Part shown: positions 1 through 10,550 of the stretch, one piece after another
Position numbering within the stretch: the first letter of the stretch is position 1
How the letters are laid out: the number at the start of each line of letters is the position of its first letter
DNA from: an uncultured Acidobacteriota bacterium
GTDB taxonomy: Bacteria; Acidobacteriota; Thermoanaerobaculia; Multivoradales; SZUA-115
Assembly (NCBI GenBank): GCA_963805975.1
Contig: CAWDVR010000004.1
Span: 384,001 to 448,000, forward strand
Direction: 5' to 3'
Length of the DNA: 64,000 nt
The notes under the pieces: model-generated
Told to the model about the DNA's origin: nothing
The model's database searches: none
Seen by the model: only the letters and a program-made list of their open reading frames with translations
Made by a program: the position numbers and the translations under genes

Positions 1-764
<764 letters not shown>

Positions 765-765
<1 letters not shown>

Positions 766-1949
766 TGGCGCGGCGCCGGCCGCACCTCCCGGCCGTCTAT
801 GCCGTCGTGGACGCCGGCGCGCTCGCCCCGCTGCCCGTCCCCGAGGCCGTGGAGGTGATCGCCGCCGCCGGCGTTCGCGCCCTCCAGCTCCGCCTCAAGG
901 ACGGCCGGCCCGACGGCGAGCTCTATCGCACCGTCGAGGAATCTCGCCGCCGCCTCGAAGGCTCGGGGGCCGAGCTGTGGATCGACGACCGCGCCGACCT
1001 CGCGGCGCTCTTCGAGCTGCCGGGCCTCCACCTCGGGCAGACCGACCTGCCGCCCGCGGCGGCGCGCCAGGTGATAGGAACAGGCACCTGGATCGGCCTC
1101 TCGACCCACGGCGGCGGCGAGGCCGCGGCGGCCGAGGCCGACCTCGAGGTGGACGTGGTGGCGATCGGCCCGGTGTTCCCGACCGCGAGCAAGGAGCGGC
1201 CGGACCCGACCGTGGGGCTCGCCGGGGTGGCCGAGGCCCGGCAGCGGGTAGCCAAGCCCCTGGTGGCGATCGGCGGCATCGACGCCGGCAACGTGGCCCA
1301 GGTGCTCGCGGCGGGCGCCGACAGCGCGGCGGTGATCGGCGCCCTCTTCCGCGGCGCCACGAGCCTCGCGGGGATCGGTCAGAATTGCTCGCGGCTCCTC
1401 GCCGCGGCCGGTGGGAGCCGCCGCCTCGGGACGATGCGCATCTTCCTCACCGGTTTCATGGGCGCGGGCAAGAGCGAGGTCGGCCGCCTCCTCGCCCGGC
1501 GGCTGGGGCTCGCCTTCGTCGATCTCGACGGCGAGATCGAGGCCCGGGCGGGCGAGAGCATCGGTGCCCTCTTCCGCCGCGAGGGCGAGGAAGGTTTCCG
1601 GCGGCGCGAGCGGCTCGCCCTCGAGGCCACGGCCCGGTGCGAAGGCGTGGTGGTCGCGACCGGCGGCGGGGTGGTCACCTCCGCGGCCAACCGGGACTGG
1701 ATGAAGGAGCACGGGACGACGGTGTGGCTCAACCCGTCGTTCGAGACCCTGGCGGCCCGCCTGCCGCCCGAGGCGCGTGCCGTGCGCCCGCTCTTTGCCG
1801 GCCAGGCCCAGGCCCTGGAGCTCTGGCACGGGCGGCTGCCGCTCTACGGCACGGCCGATCTGGAGGTGGCGGTCACCGCGCACGAGACCGCCGAGACCAC
1901 GGCCGAGCGCGTCGCAGCGCTCGTCGCGGAGAGGCCGTGCGCTACCTGA
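765..1949 (+). CDS. In-frame fusion of thiamine-phosphate synthase (ThiE-like) and shikimate kinase (AroK)
   Basis: ATG overlaps the accC TGA. ThiE motifs QLRLK, DDRADLA, GLHLGQTD, GLSTH, GPVFPTASK, VAIGGI continue without a stop into MRIFLTGFMGAGKS...DLD...ATGGG (internal ATG at 1434). Confidence 0.85.
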
Positions 1950-2674
1950 TCCTCTCGGACATGCACGCCAACTGGGAGGCGTTCGAGACCGTGCTCCAGG
2001 CGACGCGGGGCCAGTCCTTCGACCGCAACCTCGTCCTGGGCGACCTCGTGGGCTACGGCGCCTCGCCCAACGAGGTGGTCGAGGCCGTGCGCGGCCTCCC
2101 GGAGCTCTTGGTGGTGCGCGGCAACCACGACAAGGTGGTCACCGGCATCGACGCCGGCGAGAACTTCAACCACGTGGCCCTGGCGGCGGCGCGTTGGGCG
2201 GCGTCCACGTTGACCGCGGAGTGCCTGCGCTACGTGCGCGAGCTGCCGCGCGGCCCGCGGGAGGTCGCTCCCGGCCTCGCCATCTGCCACGGCTCCCCGC
2301 TCGACGAGGACGCCTACGTCTTCACCGACTACGACGCCTACGAGATCTTCTCCACCCACGGGGCGGAGGTCACTTTCTTCGGCCACACGCACGTGCCCTC
2401 GGTGTTCTCGGTGGGGAGGAGAGGGGTGGAGGTGAGGGCCTTGAAGGGCGAAGGCAGCATGGTCCTCGACCCCAAGGTCCGCTATCTGCTGAACCCCGGC
2501 TCGATCGGCCAGCCGCGCGACCGCGACCCGCGCGCCGCCTACATGACCTACGACGATGCGACCCGGACCGTCACCTGGCACCGGCTGGAGTACCCGGTCG
2601 CGGCGGCCCAGCGCCGCATCGTTGACGCCGGCCTGCCGGCAGTGCTGGCGGACCGGCTGGCGGTGGGGATCTAG
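1937..2674 (+). CDS. Calcineurin-like metallophosphoesterase
   Basis: SDMHAN, LGDLVGYG, RGNHD, HGSP, GHTH, NPGSIGQPRD motifs; GTG start overlaps the aroK end. Confidence 0.9.
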   Translation: MRYLILSDMHANWEAFETVLQATRGQSFDRNLVLGDLVGYGASPNEVVEAVRGLPELLVVRGNHDKVVTGIDAGENFNHVALAAARWAASTLTAECLRYVRELPRGPREVAPGLAICHGSPLDEDAYVFTDYDAYEIFSTHGAEVTFFGHTHVPSVFSVGRRGVEVRALKGEGSMVLDPKVRYLLNPGSIGQPRDRDPRAAYMTYDDATRTVTWHRLEYPVAAAQRRIVDAGLPAVLADRLAVGI

Positions 2675-2698
2675 GGGGCGAGAACGGCCGTCCGGGGC

Positions 2699-2723
2699 TA
2701 GGGCGACCGCCGGTCGCCCCTAC
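2699..2723. repeat. Short GTAG-type REP-like palindrome
   Basis: TAGGGCGACCG-C-CGGTCGCCCCTAC hairpin between convergent genes. Confidence 0.55.
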
Positions 2724-2731
2724 GTTCTGGT

Positions 2732-2768
2732 CCCCTCTCCCGCTGGCGGGAGAGGGCTAGGGTGAGGG
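2732..2768. repeat. REP-like element (CCCTCACCC...CCCTCTCCC family) overlapping the ccmF stop
   Basis: CCCCTCTCCCGCTGGCGGGAGAGGGCTAGGGTGAGGG; related copies at 22549-22670 and 24175-24313. Confidence 0.75.
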
Positions 2769-5021
2769 CCCCGCCGAGTCCAGCCGCAGTGCCTGCTTGA
2801 GCCGCTGGATCGTCGCCAGCACACCGCCGAGGAGCACCACGTAGAGCCCGCCCCAGACCAGGTTGATGAGCGGCTTCCGGGTCACGTCGAGAGCGATCCG
2901 CGCCGGGATCGCCTCGGTGTTGCTGGCCAGGCCGGAGAGGGCGAGCACCACCGAGCCCTCGGCCGGGGTGAGCGAGGTGAGGGTGACGCTGCCGCCGCCG
3001 GGCACCGCGCTCGGCGTGGCATCCCAGCGCTGGCCGGGCGTGAGCCGCAAGACCGGCCGCACGAGCTCGGTCTTGCCGCCGCGCGTCACCTCCACCGCCG
3101 CCGCCACGGTCACCGCACCGGTCGAGGCCAGGATCGCCTGGTCGGCGCCTCCCAGGTCGAGGCTCACGAAGCGCACCGTGGCGTCGCCGATCTCCACCTT
3201 CTCACCCTGCGCCAGGCGCACCCGCGTGTCGCCGCCGGGAGGCACGGCGGGCTCGAACTCGAGCGGCGAGATGTAGAGATCCATCGCCAGGTAGTTCTTG
3301 ATGTCGGGGTTCTGCATCGCCTGCCGGGTGCGCTCGTTGATGAAGATCTTGGGATAGGCCATGAAGCGCTTGCCGTCGCGCTCGATGGCGACCTCCATGC
3401 ACTCCTTCCGGCCGCAGGCCTCCGGCAGCTCGCCCCGGGCGACGAAGCGCTCGAAGGTCATCGTCAGGTCGCCGACCGTGGTCGGCTTGCCCTGCTCGAG
3501 GGTCACCTTGGTGCTCTCGTCGTAGCCGGTCGACGCCAGGACGCCGAGCAGGATCACTCCCACTCCCACGTGCGCCAGGTACCCGCCCGCCGCCCGCAGG
3601 CCCCCGGAGCGGGTGAGCGCGACCGCCTTCGTGAGATTGGTCGAGAGCGCCAGCGCGGCGAGGAACACGAACACCAGGTGCGAGGCGTCGCGCACTGCGG
3701 CGACCGCGGCGAAGAGGGTGACCGCCAGCGCGGCCACCGCGGGCCAGCGCAGCTTGCGCGCCAGCTCGCGCGGGTCGTTCTCGCGCCAGGTCAGGTACGG
3801 CACGGCGGCCATCAAGACGGCGATCAGCACCGCGAGCGGGAAGTTGACCGTGTTGTAGAAGGTCGGTCCCACCTGGCTGGGGCTCGAGGCGAAGCGGGTG
3901 AGGAGCGGCGCCGAGGTGCCGACGGCGACCAGGATCGCCAGCAGCAGCACGACCAGGGTCGACATCACCATGAAGCTGCCGCGGGAGAGGATCGGGTCCT
4001 CGTTCCGGACCGTGGGCACGCCGCGCCAGCGCGTTCCCAGAAGCAGCAGGGAGAGAAGGCCGAAGAAGACCATCAGCGCGACCAGCCAGCCGGAGATGCC
4101 GAGGTCGACGAAGCTGTGCACCGAGAAGTCGGCGAGCACGCCGGAGCGGGTGAGGAAGGTGCCGTAGAGCACCGACATGTAGAGCAGGCAGGCGACCAGC
4201 AGGTTGGCGCGGCGATAGCGCCCCTGCGCTTTTTCCATGTGCAGCCCGTGGATGAGCACCGTTCCCAGGAGCCAGGGGATCAGCGAGGCGTTCTCCACCG
4301 GGTCCCAACCCCAGAAGCCGCCCCAGCCGAGCGTCTTGTAGGCCCAGTAGCCGCCCATCAGGATGGCGGTGCCCAGCACCAGGAAGCCGCCGAGCGCCCA
4401 CGGGAAGGCGCGCGCCGCCCAGCGGCTGTAGTCGCGCCGCCACATGGCGGCGACCGCGAAGGCGAAGGGGATGGCGGCAGCCGCGTAGCCCACGAACATG
4501 ATCGGCGGGTGGATCACCATCCAGTTGTCCTGCAGCAGCGGGTTTAGGCCCTTGCCGTCGGCCGCCGCCTGGGGCAGCATCACGAACGGGTTCTCCCGCA
4601 CCAGGATGAAGAGCAGGCCGAGCGCGGTCAGGGTGTAGACGGCCATCACCGGCGCCTCGTCCTTGCCGGCGCTCTTGGCGAGCGGCAGGCCCAGGAGCGC
4701 CGCCCACAGCAGCCAGATCAGGAAGCTCCCCTTCTGCCCGGCCCAGAAGGCCGCGGTCTGGAAGTAGATCGGCAGGTCGAGCCCCGAGTACTGCTCCACG
4801 TACTCGATGCGGAAGTCGCGGCGCAGCAGGCAGATGAAGAGCACCAGCGAGGCGAGCGCGATCGACAGGGCGAAGAACTTGTAGGCGCGGCGGGCGAAGA
4901 CGCGGGCCGACTCGTCGCCCCACAGCACCTGCGCATAGCCCCAGAGCGCGGCCAGCGCGAAGAGCAGGGCGCACCAGATGGTGAGGGCGCCGGGCAGGTA
5001 GAGCTTGGACAGTGCTTCCAT
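2757..5021 (-). CDS. ccmF: Cytochrome c maturation heme lyase CcmF
   Basis: FWAGQKGS, GLNPLLQ, IHPP, WAYKTLGWGGFWGWDPVENASLIPWL, GTFLTRSG, SVHSF; multiple TM segments. Confidence 0.93.
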   Translation of the reverse strand: MEALSKLYLPGALTIWCALLFALAALWGYAQVLWGDESARVFARRAYKFFALSIALASLVLFICLLRRDFRIEYVEQYSGLDLPIYFQTAAFWAGQKGSFLIWLLWAALLGLPLAKSAGKDEAPVMAVYTLTALGLLFILVRENPFVMLPQAAADGKGLNPLLQDNWMVIHPPIMFVGYAAAAIPFAFAVAAMWRRDYSRWAARAFPWALGGFLVLGTAILMGGYWAYKTLGWGGFWGWDPVENASLIPWLLGTVLIHGLHMEKAQGRYRRANLLVACLLYMSVLYGTFLTRSGVLADFSVHSFVDLGISGWLVALMVFFGLLSLLLLGTRWRGVPTVRNEDPILSRGSFMVMSTLVVLLLAILVAVGTSAPLLTRFASSPSQVGPTFYNTVNFPLAVLIAVLMAAVPYLTWRENDPRELARKLRWPAVAALAVTLFAAVAAVRDASHLVFVFLAALALSTNLTKAVALTRSGGLRAAGGYLAHVGVGVILLGVLASTGYDESTKVTLEQGKPTTVGDLTMTFERFVARGELPEACGRKECMEVAIERDGKRFMAYPKIFINERTRQAMQNPDIKNYLAMDLYISPLEFEPAVPPGGDTRVRLAQGEKVEIGDATVRFVSLDLGGADQAILASTGAVTVAAAVEVTRGGKTELVRPVLRLTPGQRWDATPSAVPGGGSVTLTSLTPAEGSVVLALSGLASNTEAIPARIALDVTRKPLINLVWGGLYVVLLGGVLATIQRLKQALRLDSAGPSP

Positions 5022-5041
5022 GGGCAAGCTGCCTTTCCCGG

Positions 5042-5443
5042 CTAGCTGTAGCGCTTCTCTTCCACTTCGGCTCCCTGGTACTTGCTGGGGCACTTCACCA
5101 GGAGCTGGTCGGCGGCGAACTCGTCCGTCGCGGCGTCGAAGCGGCCGATGGCGACGATCGAGATCGCGTCCTCGAAGTTGGCCGGCTTGAGGCCGCTGTA
5201 GCGCACGCGGATGGTTTCGCCGGTCTCGGGCTCGGCCAGGGTGAAGAGCAGCGTCCCGGCCGCGTTGTCGTAGCGCGAGCTGCCCTTGTCGAGGCCGCCG
5301 GCCACCTGCACGGTGCGGGTCATGGACCGGGCCTCGCGGTACGAGACGTACTGCGTGAGGCTGGTGCGGAAAGAAGCCAGGGCGAAGCCACCGAAGCCGA
5401 GGAGCAGGAGGCCGCCCACGAGGTAGGTCGCGCGCTTGTTCAT
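5042..5443 (-). CDS. ccmE: Heme chaperone CcmE, CxxxY variant
   Basis: N-terminal anchor, YSGLKPANFED, C-terminal LVKCPSKY; position in the ccm operon. Confidence 0.9.
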   Translation of the reverse strand: MNKRATYLVGGLLLLGFGGFALASFRTSLTQYVSYREARSMTRTVQVAGGLDKGSSRYDNAAGTLLFTLAEPETGETIRVRYSGLKPANFEDAISIVAIGRFDAATDEFAADQLLVKCPSKYQGAEVEEKRYS

Positions 5444-5556
5444 GAGTCCTTCTCCAGGCGCTCGAGCCGCCGGCTCAGGCGCAGCAGGTAGACGAAGATC
5501 CCGGTCCAGATCACCAGGTTCACTCCCACCACCCAGAGCGTGGTTCCTTCGGTCAT
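5440..5556 (-). CDS. ccmD: CcmD-family small membrane protein (38 aa; absent from the ORF track)
   Basis: MTEGTTLWVVGVNLVIWTGIFVYLLRLSRRLERLEKDS: one TM helix plus a charged tail; GGAGG upstream; its stop overlaps the ccmE start; lies between ccmC and ccmE. Confidence 0.85.
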   Translation of the reverse strand: MTEGTTLWVVGVNLVIWTGIFVYLLRLSRRLERLEKDS

Positions 5557-5580
5557 CGATCGGACCTCCGAACGGCCATC

Positions 5581-6267
5581 TTACATCCCCTCCTCGCGGC
5601 TCCCGCCCCAGGCGGCAAACCTTTTGTCGGCGAGCGCGCTCGCCCGCCGGGCGAGATTCAGCAGCCAGAAGAACAGTGCGGTGAAGCTCGCCGCCGAGAC
5701 CAGCAGCACGGTGAGCATGCGCGCGTTCATCTCCACCTTGCCCGCTGCGTTGATCACCGGCTCCGGGTGGAGCGAGTAGACCAGCCGCGGCGCGACGAAG
5801 AACAGGAACGGGGCCACCACCAGGCCGAGGGCGGCGTAGGCGGCCGAGATCCGCCGCCGGGTCTCGAGGTCCTGGATCGCCCCGCGCAGCGCGAGGTAGG
5901 CGGCATAGAACAAGAGGGCGAAAGCGATCGAGATCTGGCGCGGGTCCCAGTTCCAGAAGGCGCCCCACATGGTCCGCGCCCACATCGCCCCGGTCACCGT
6001 GGCCAGCACGCAGAAGAGAAGACCCAGCTCCACCGCCGCCTCGGCCGCACGGTCGTGGTCCGGCCGCCGTCCGGCCGCGAGGTAGCGCACGCTGTAGGCC
6101 CCGGCCGTGACGAAGGCCACGAACGCCACCCATGCCATGGGCACGTGAAAGAACAGGATGCGGCTCGACTGGCCGAGGAAGCCCTCCGCCAGCGGCGCCC
6201 AGTAGAAAGCACCCACGATCACGGCGCAGATCGCGAGCCAGAGCACCCAGGGGAGAACCTTGCGCAT
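5581..6267 (-). CDS. ccmC: Heme exporter protein CcmC
   Basis: RILFFHVP, WWD-type motif TGAMWARTMWGAFWNWDPR, SLHP. Confidence 0.93.
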   Translation of the reverse strand: MRKVLPWVLWLAICAVIVGAFYWAPLAEGFLGQSSRILFFHVPMAWVAFVAFVTAGAYSVRYLAAGRRPDHDRAAEAAVELGLLFCVLATVTGAMWARTMWGAFWNWDPRQISIAFALLFYAAYLALRGAIQDLETRRRISAAYAALGLVVAPFLFFVAPRLVYSLHPEPVINAAGKVEMNARMLTVLLVSAASFTALFFWLLNLARRASALADKRFAAWGGSREEGM

Positions 6268-6274
6268 CGGCGGT

Positions 6275-6976
6275 CTACGGATTCCAGATGACCGGGAACA
6301 GCATCAGCGAGGCCACGGTGAGGCTCCCATCATACAGAAGCAGGACCATGAGAGCGTCGCCCGGCGGCTCGCCGGAGACCGCGGCGCGGGAGAGCTGCAC
6401 GGCGAAGATCAGCAGCGGCAACAGCACCGGAAACGAGAGCACGGCGAAGAGCGTGCCCTTCGATTGCGCCTGGCCGATCATGGCGGCGATCAGGGTGCTG
6501 CCGGCCGCCAGGCCGTAGCCGCCGGCGGCGAGGGTCGCGAGCAGCAGGCCGGGAGAGGCCACGCCGAGCTGCATCAGGACCAGGAAGAGCGGAGTGACGA
6601 GAACCTCCAGCGCCAGCACCAGGGCGAGGCTGTAGGCCAGCTTGCCGCAGAAGAGCGCCGACGGCCGGGCCGCGAGCCGCAGCGCGGTCGCGGTGTGGGT
6701 CTCCTCCTCGTGCACGAAGCCCCGCGGCAGGCCGGCGGTGGCGGCGAAGAGCAGGATCAGCCACAGCAGCACGGGGAGCACCGCGGCGCGCTCCGAGGAC
6801 CGGGCGCCCATCGGCCCCAGCGCCACGCTCACCACCACCAGCGTGGTGAGGGCGAAGAGCGCCAGCGTGTTGAGCGCCGAGCGGGTGCGGAGCTCGCACC
6901 GCCACTCCTTGACGAACACCGCCGCGGCCTGGCCCAGCCAGAGGCTCGCCGCGGAGCGCGGGGGCTCAGAGCGCAA
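6275..6976 (-). CDS. ccmB: Heme exporter permease CcmB (TTG start uncertain)
   Basis: FVKEWRCELRTR, FVHEEE, LFAVLSFPVLLPLLI; hydrophobic; lies between ccmA and ccmC. Confidence 0.88.
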   Translation of the reverse strand: MRSEPPRSAASLWLGQAAAVFVKEWRCELRTRSALNTLALFALTTLVVVSVALGPMGARSSERAAVLPVLLWLILLFAATAGLPRGFVHEEETHTATALRLAARPSALFCGKLAYSLALVLALEVLVTPLFLVLMQLGVASPGLLLATLAAGGYGLAAGSTLIAAMIGQAQSKGTLFAVLSFPVLLPLLIFAVQLSRAAVSGEPPGDALMVLLLYDGSLTVASLMLFPVIWNP

Positions 6977-7569
6977 GCGCGTGCTCCACGCGGGGCAGGT
7001 CGAGGGCGGTGGGCGAGGCGACCACCGCGAAGCCGTGCTCGAGCTGCTCGGCGAGCAGCTCCCGCGCCAGGGCCTCGCCCTCGGCGTCGAGGTTCTGGAA
7101 CGGCTCGTCCGCGAGCAGCAGGGCGGGCTCGCCCAGCAGGCCGAAGGCCCAGCGCAGGCGCTGGCGCATGCCGGAGGAGAGCGCCCCGGCGAGCCGCGCG
7201 GGAGGCAGGCCCACGCGCGCCACCAGCCGGTCGGCATGCTCGCGCGGCAGGCCGCGCAGGCGGGCGAAGAAGGCGAGGTTCTCGGCCACGGACAGCTCTT
7301 CGTAGAAGGCGAGGTCCGGCGCCACGTAGCCGACCCGCTGGCGCCGGCCGGCGATGTCGAAGCGGGCCTCGCCCTCGCGGTACTCGATCCGGCCGGCCTC
7401 GGGCGCCAGCAGGCCCGCGAGACAGCGCAGCAGCGTGCTCTTGCCCGAGCCGTTCCGGCCCGTCACCAGCAGCAGGCCGCCGCTCTCGACCGTTGCCGGA
7501 GACGCCCTGCAAGACACGGAGCGGGCCGAAGCCGCGCGCCAGGCCGGTGAACGACAGCGAGGCGTGCAT
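6966..7569 (-). CDS. ccmA: Heme exporter ATPase CcmA, with an apparent +1 frameshift near 7494
   Basis: MHASLSFTGLARGFG...GVSG in one frame continues as TVESGGLLLVTGRNGSGKST in another; LSSGMRQR signature, LLADEP. Confidence 0.85.
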
Positions 7570-8276
7570 TAGCGCAGGCGGAAGAGGAGGGTCACCGCCG
7601 TGCCGTCCGCCGGCAGCACGCCGGGGCGGACGCGGAAGGCCGTCGAGCCCTTGACGTAGTCGCGCACCGTGTAGCGGGCGTTGCCCACCTTGCTGCCGGG
7701 GCAGGAGTAGAGGCAGACCAGGCAGCCCGAGTGCCAGGCGTGGATGTTGGCGCGGTGGCCGCCCAGGCGCATGTCGAAGCCGCGCCCGCCGGGGTCGTCG
7801 AGGATCTCGGGCAGCGTCAGCGGCTCGCCGCGGCCGGGCACGCGGACCAGCACCTCGACGGCCGGGCCGGCGATCTCCCGGTCGGGCGCGCTCGAGCCGG
7901 GGCTCTCGCGCTCGTCCCAGGTGTCCATGCCGAGGGCGTTTCCGGGCCGGGCGCCGAGCTCCTCGAAGGCGTCCAGCACCGCGGTGTCGCTGACCGGGGT
8001 GGTGAAGAGGGCCGCGGACGCCGACTTGCCCTCGCCCCACACGATGAGGTGGTAGCCCGGCATGCCGCGCAGGCGGCGCTCGAAGTCCGCGGCGTGCACG
8101 GTGGCGGGGATCTCGATGCCGCCGGCGACGACGCGGAGGGCGGTGGGCTCGGCGGAGGCGGTGGTCGATGCCGAGCCGCCGCAGGCGGCGAGGGCCAACG
8201 GCCAGAGCGTGAGGAAGGAGGCGAGAACCACACCGAGCCGCGCGGCCGGCCTTCCGAGGTCTGACATCTGGGCCAT
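7569..8276 (-). CDS. Putative lipoprotein with a Cys cluster, YdjY-like
   Basis: Lipobox LAAC; GCLVCLYSCPGSKVGN; its TAA overlaps the ccmA ATG. Confidence 0.6.
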   Translation of the reverse strand: MAQMSDLGRPAARLGVVLASFLTLWPLALAACGGSASTTASAEPTALRVVAGGIEIPATVHAADFERRLRGMPGYHLIVWGEGKSASAALFTTPVSDTAVLDAFEELGARPGNALGMDTWDERESPGSSAPDREIAGPAVEVLVRVPGRGEPLTLPEILDDPGGRGFDMRLGGHRANIHAWHSGCLVCLYSCPGSKVGNARYTVRDYVKGSTAFRVRPGVLPADGTAVTLLFRLR

Positions 8277-8314
8277 TGTACGCGCCTCCCATCCTCGATC
8301 CTGGAGAAGCAATG

Positions 8315-8421
8315 GGATGGATTCCCGCTTTCGCGGGAATGACGGAATCGAGGCGACCGAGCTGGTTCTCCCGACCTCGCCTCAGCCTGGCTGTCATTCC
8401 CGCGAAAGCGGGAATCCATCC
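8315..8421. repeat. Inverted REP dimer (ATTCCC-N8-GGGAAT type)
   Basis: Perfect 29-bp inverted arms GGATGGATTCCCGCTTTCGCGGGAATGAC (8315-8343) and 8393-8421; each arm is itself palindromic. Confidence 0.9.
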
Positions 8422-8476
8422 GGCGCTGGAGGTGGCCACGGCTGACTCTCAGCGCTGGCCGAAGTAGCATGCCTTC

Positions 8477-10522
8477 GTGTCTTCGCCGCCACCTTCGTGC
8501 CTGCTGGTCCTCCTGCTACTCGCCGCCTGCGCGCCGGTGGCCTCCCCGCGCACCGCGCCCGACCTCCCGGTGGTCGATCTCCCGCACTTGAGCGAGCGTG
8601 CGCTCCTGCTGCTGGTCGCCGATCGCAAGGAGCACGAGCCGTTCACCGTCGAGAAGGCGCTCGGCGGCCCGCCGGAGCTGCGGCGCGCCCTGGCCGTGGC
8701 GCTGGGGCGCTCCGGTCACCCGGCCGGCCTGCCGGTGCTCCGCGGCCTCGCGGCCGACGAGAACGGCAGCGTGCGGCAGGCCGCGATCTTCGCCCTCGGG
8801 CTGGCCCGCGACCCGGAGGCTGCGGCGCTCCTCCTTGGCCGCGCCGCGGACCCGGAGCGCGCGGAGGCCGCGCTGGCGGTCGAGGCCCTGGGCAAGCTCG
8901 GCGAGCCGCTGGTCGAGGTGCTCCGCGTGCTGACGCCGCTCCCGGAAGGCGAGCGCTGGGCGCGGCTCCTGCCCCACCTCTGGCGCTTCTCGGGCGACAC
9001 CGTCGTGCCGCTGGCGCTCACCGGCCTCGGGCAGGAGGATCGCGAGCTCCGCGCCCGCGCGGCTTTTGCCCTCGCCTCGCGCGCCGCCTCCGCCCCGCGG
9101 CCCGAGGTGGTTCGGGCGCTGCGCGCATTGCTCGCGGACCCGGGCGCTCCCCACCCGAACCTGCAAACCCGTGGCTGGGCGGCGCTGGCGCTGGGCTCGG
9201 TCGGCGGCGAGGAAGACCTCTCGCGCCTCGAGCTCCTGCTGGCGGACCACGAGGCCGGCCTCGTGGCGGACGCCTTGCGTGCCGCCCGGGCGCTGGTTCT
9301 CGCGGGGCGCGCCGCGGCTCCCGCGAGCTGGCGGGAGCGCCTCGCGGGACTGTTCGACGACCCGCGGCCCGCGGTGCGGCTCGTGGCGCTCGAAGCGGCC
9401 GCGGCCTGGCTGCCGGACGCCGCGCTGGGTGAGCGCCTGCGGAATCGTTTCGCGAGCGGCCGAGGCCGGGAGCGGGAGGTGGCGCTCGTGGCCCTCGCCG
9501 AAGGGCAGGACCCGCAGGCCGCCGCGCTCGCCGCGAGTGCCGCGGCGGCACCCGAGCCGTCTCTGCGGCGGGCTGCGGTCGAGGCGGCGGCGCTCCTCGA
9601 CCTCGACGCGCTCCTCGCCACCCTGGCGCGCGACCCAGTGCCCGCGGTGCGGGCTCCGGCTCTCACCGCGCGGCTCGGTCTGTCGACCGGTGACCCGACC
9701 GATCTGCTCGCGGACGGCCTCGGCGACGACGATCCCGGCGTACGCGCCGCGGTGCTCACCTGGCTCGCGAGCCACCCGGTGCTGCCCTACGAGGGGATCT
9801 CGGCTTCGATTCGCCTCGCCCGGCGCGATCCCGATCCCGCGGCCCGGCTGGCCGGGGTCGCGGCGCTGGTTGCCCGCGGCAAGGCACAGCCGCTCGAGCG
9901 CGGCTCGGTGGTGCGCGGTCTCGAGACCCTGGCCGCCGAGCGGGACTATCTCCTGCGCCGCGCGGCGATCTCGGGGCTGGCTGCGCTCGGCCGCCCGGGG
10001 CCGCCGCTGGGGAGCGTCGCGACCGGCCGGGGAGGCGACGTCTACCGCGACATCGTGCAGCGCACGTCCCGCCCGCGGTCGATCGAGGTTCGAACCGCCC
10101 GCGGCACCATCCAGGTGCGCCTCGCCTGCCCGGAGGCGCCGCTCACCTGCCTCTCCTTCCTGCAGCTCATGGCCCAGGGCTTCTACGACGGCCTCGCCTT
10201 CCACCGCGTCGAGCCCGGCCGCTTCGTCGAGACCGGCGACCCGCGCAGCCGTGACGGGTTTGATGATGGGTTGGGCGACGGCTGGGGTGGGCCCGGCTAC
10301 ACGCTGCGCGACGAGCTCAACTCCCTCCCGGCGCGGCGCGGCGCCCTCGCCATGTCCGCCGCCGAGCCCGACACCGCCGGCAGCCGGTTCCTCCTCTTCC
10401 TCGCCGATCAACCCCAGCTCGACGGCAAGCTCACGGTCTTCGGCGAGGTGGTGGGCGGGTGGGAGGTGCTGGACTCGATCGAGCAGGGGGAGCGGATCGA
10501 GGCCGTCCGCGAGGTGCCCTGA
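8477..10522 (+). CDS. Lipoprotein with HEAT repeats and a C-terminal cyclophilin-like domain
   Basis: LLLAAC lipobox; repeated VRxAAxxALG; APLTC..F..L...GFYDGLAFHRV, DTAGS, LDGKLTVFGEVVGGWEVLDSI. Confidence 0.85.
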   Translation: MSSPPPSCLLVLLLLAACAPVASPRTAPDLPVVDLPHLSERALLLLVADRKEHEPFTVEKALGGPPELRRALAVALGRSGHPAGLPVLRGLAADENGSVRQAAIFALGLARDPEAAALLLGRAADPERAEAALAVEALGKLGEPLVEVLRVLTPLPEGERWARLLPHLWRFSGDTVVPLALTGLGQEDRELRARAAFALASRAASAPRPEVVRALRALLADPGAPHPNLQTRGWAALALGSVGGEEDLSRLELLLADHEAGLVADALRAARALVLAGRAAAPASWRERLAGLFDDPRPAVRLVALEAAAAWLPDAALGERLRNRFASGRGREREVALVALAEGQDPQAAALAASAAAAPEPSLRRAAVEAAALLDLDALLATLARDPVPAVRAPALTARLGLSTGDPTDLLADGLGDDDPGVRAAVLTWLASHPVLPYEGISASIRLARRDPDPAARLAGVAALVARGKAQPLERGSVVRGLETLAAERDYLLRRAAISGLAALGRPGPPLGSVATGRGGDVYRDIVQRTSRPRSIEVRTARGTIQVRLACPEAPLTCLSFLQLMAQGFYDGLAFHRVEPGRFVETGDPRSRDGFDDGLGDGWGGPGYTLRDELNSLPARRGALAMSAAEPDTAGSRFLLFLADQPQLDGKLTVFGEVVGGWEVLDSIEQGERIEAVREVP

Positions 10523-10550
10523 CCCGCGCTGACGGCCCCTCCATCGACGC

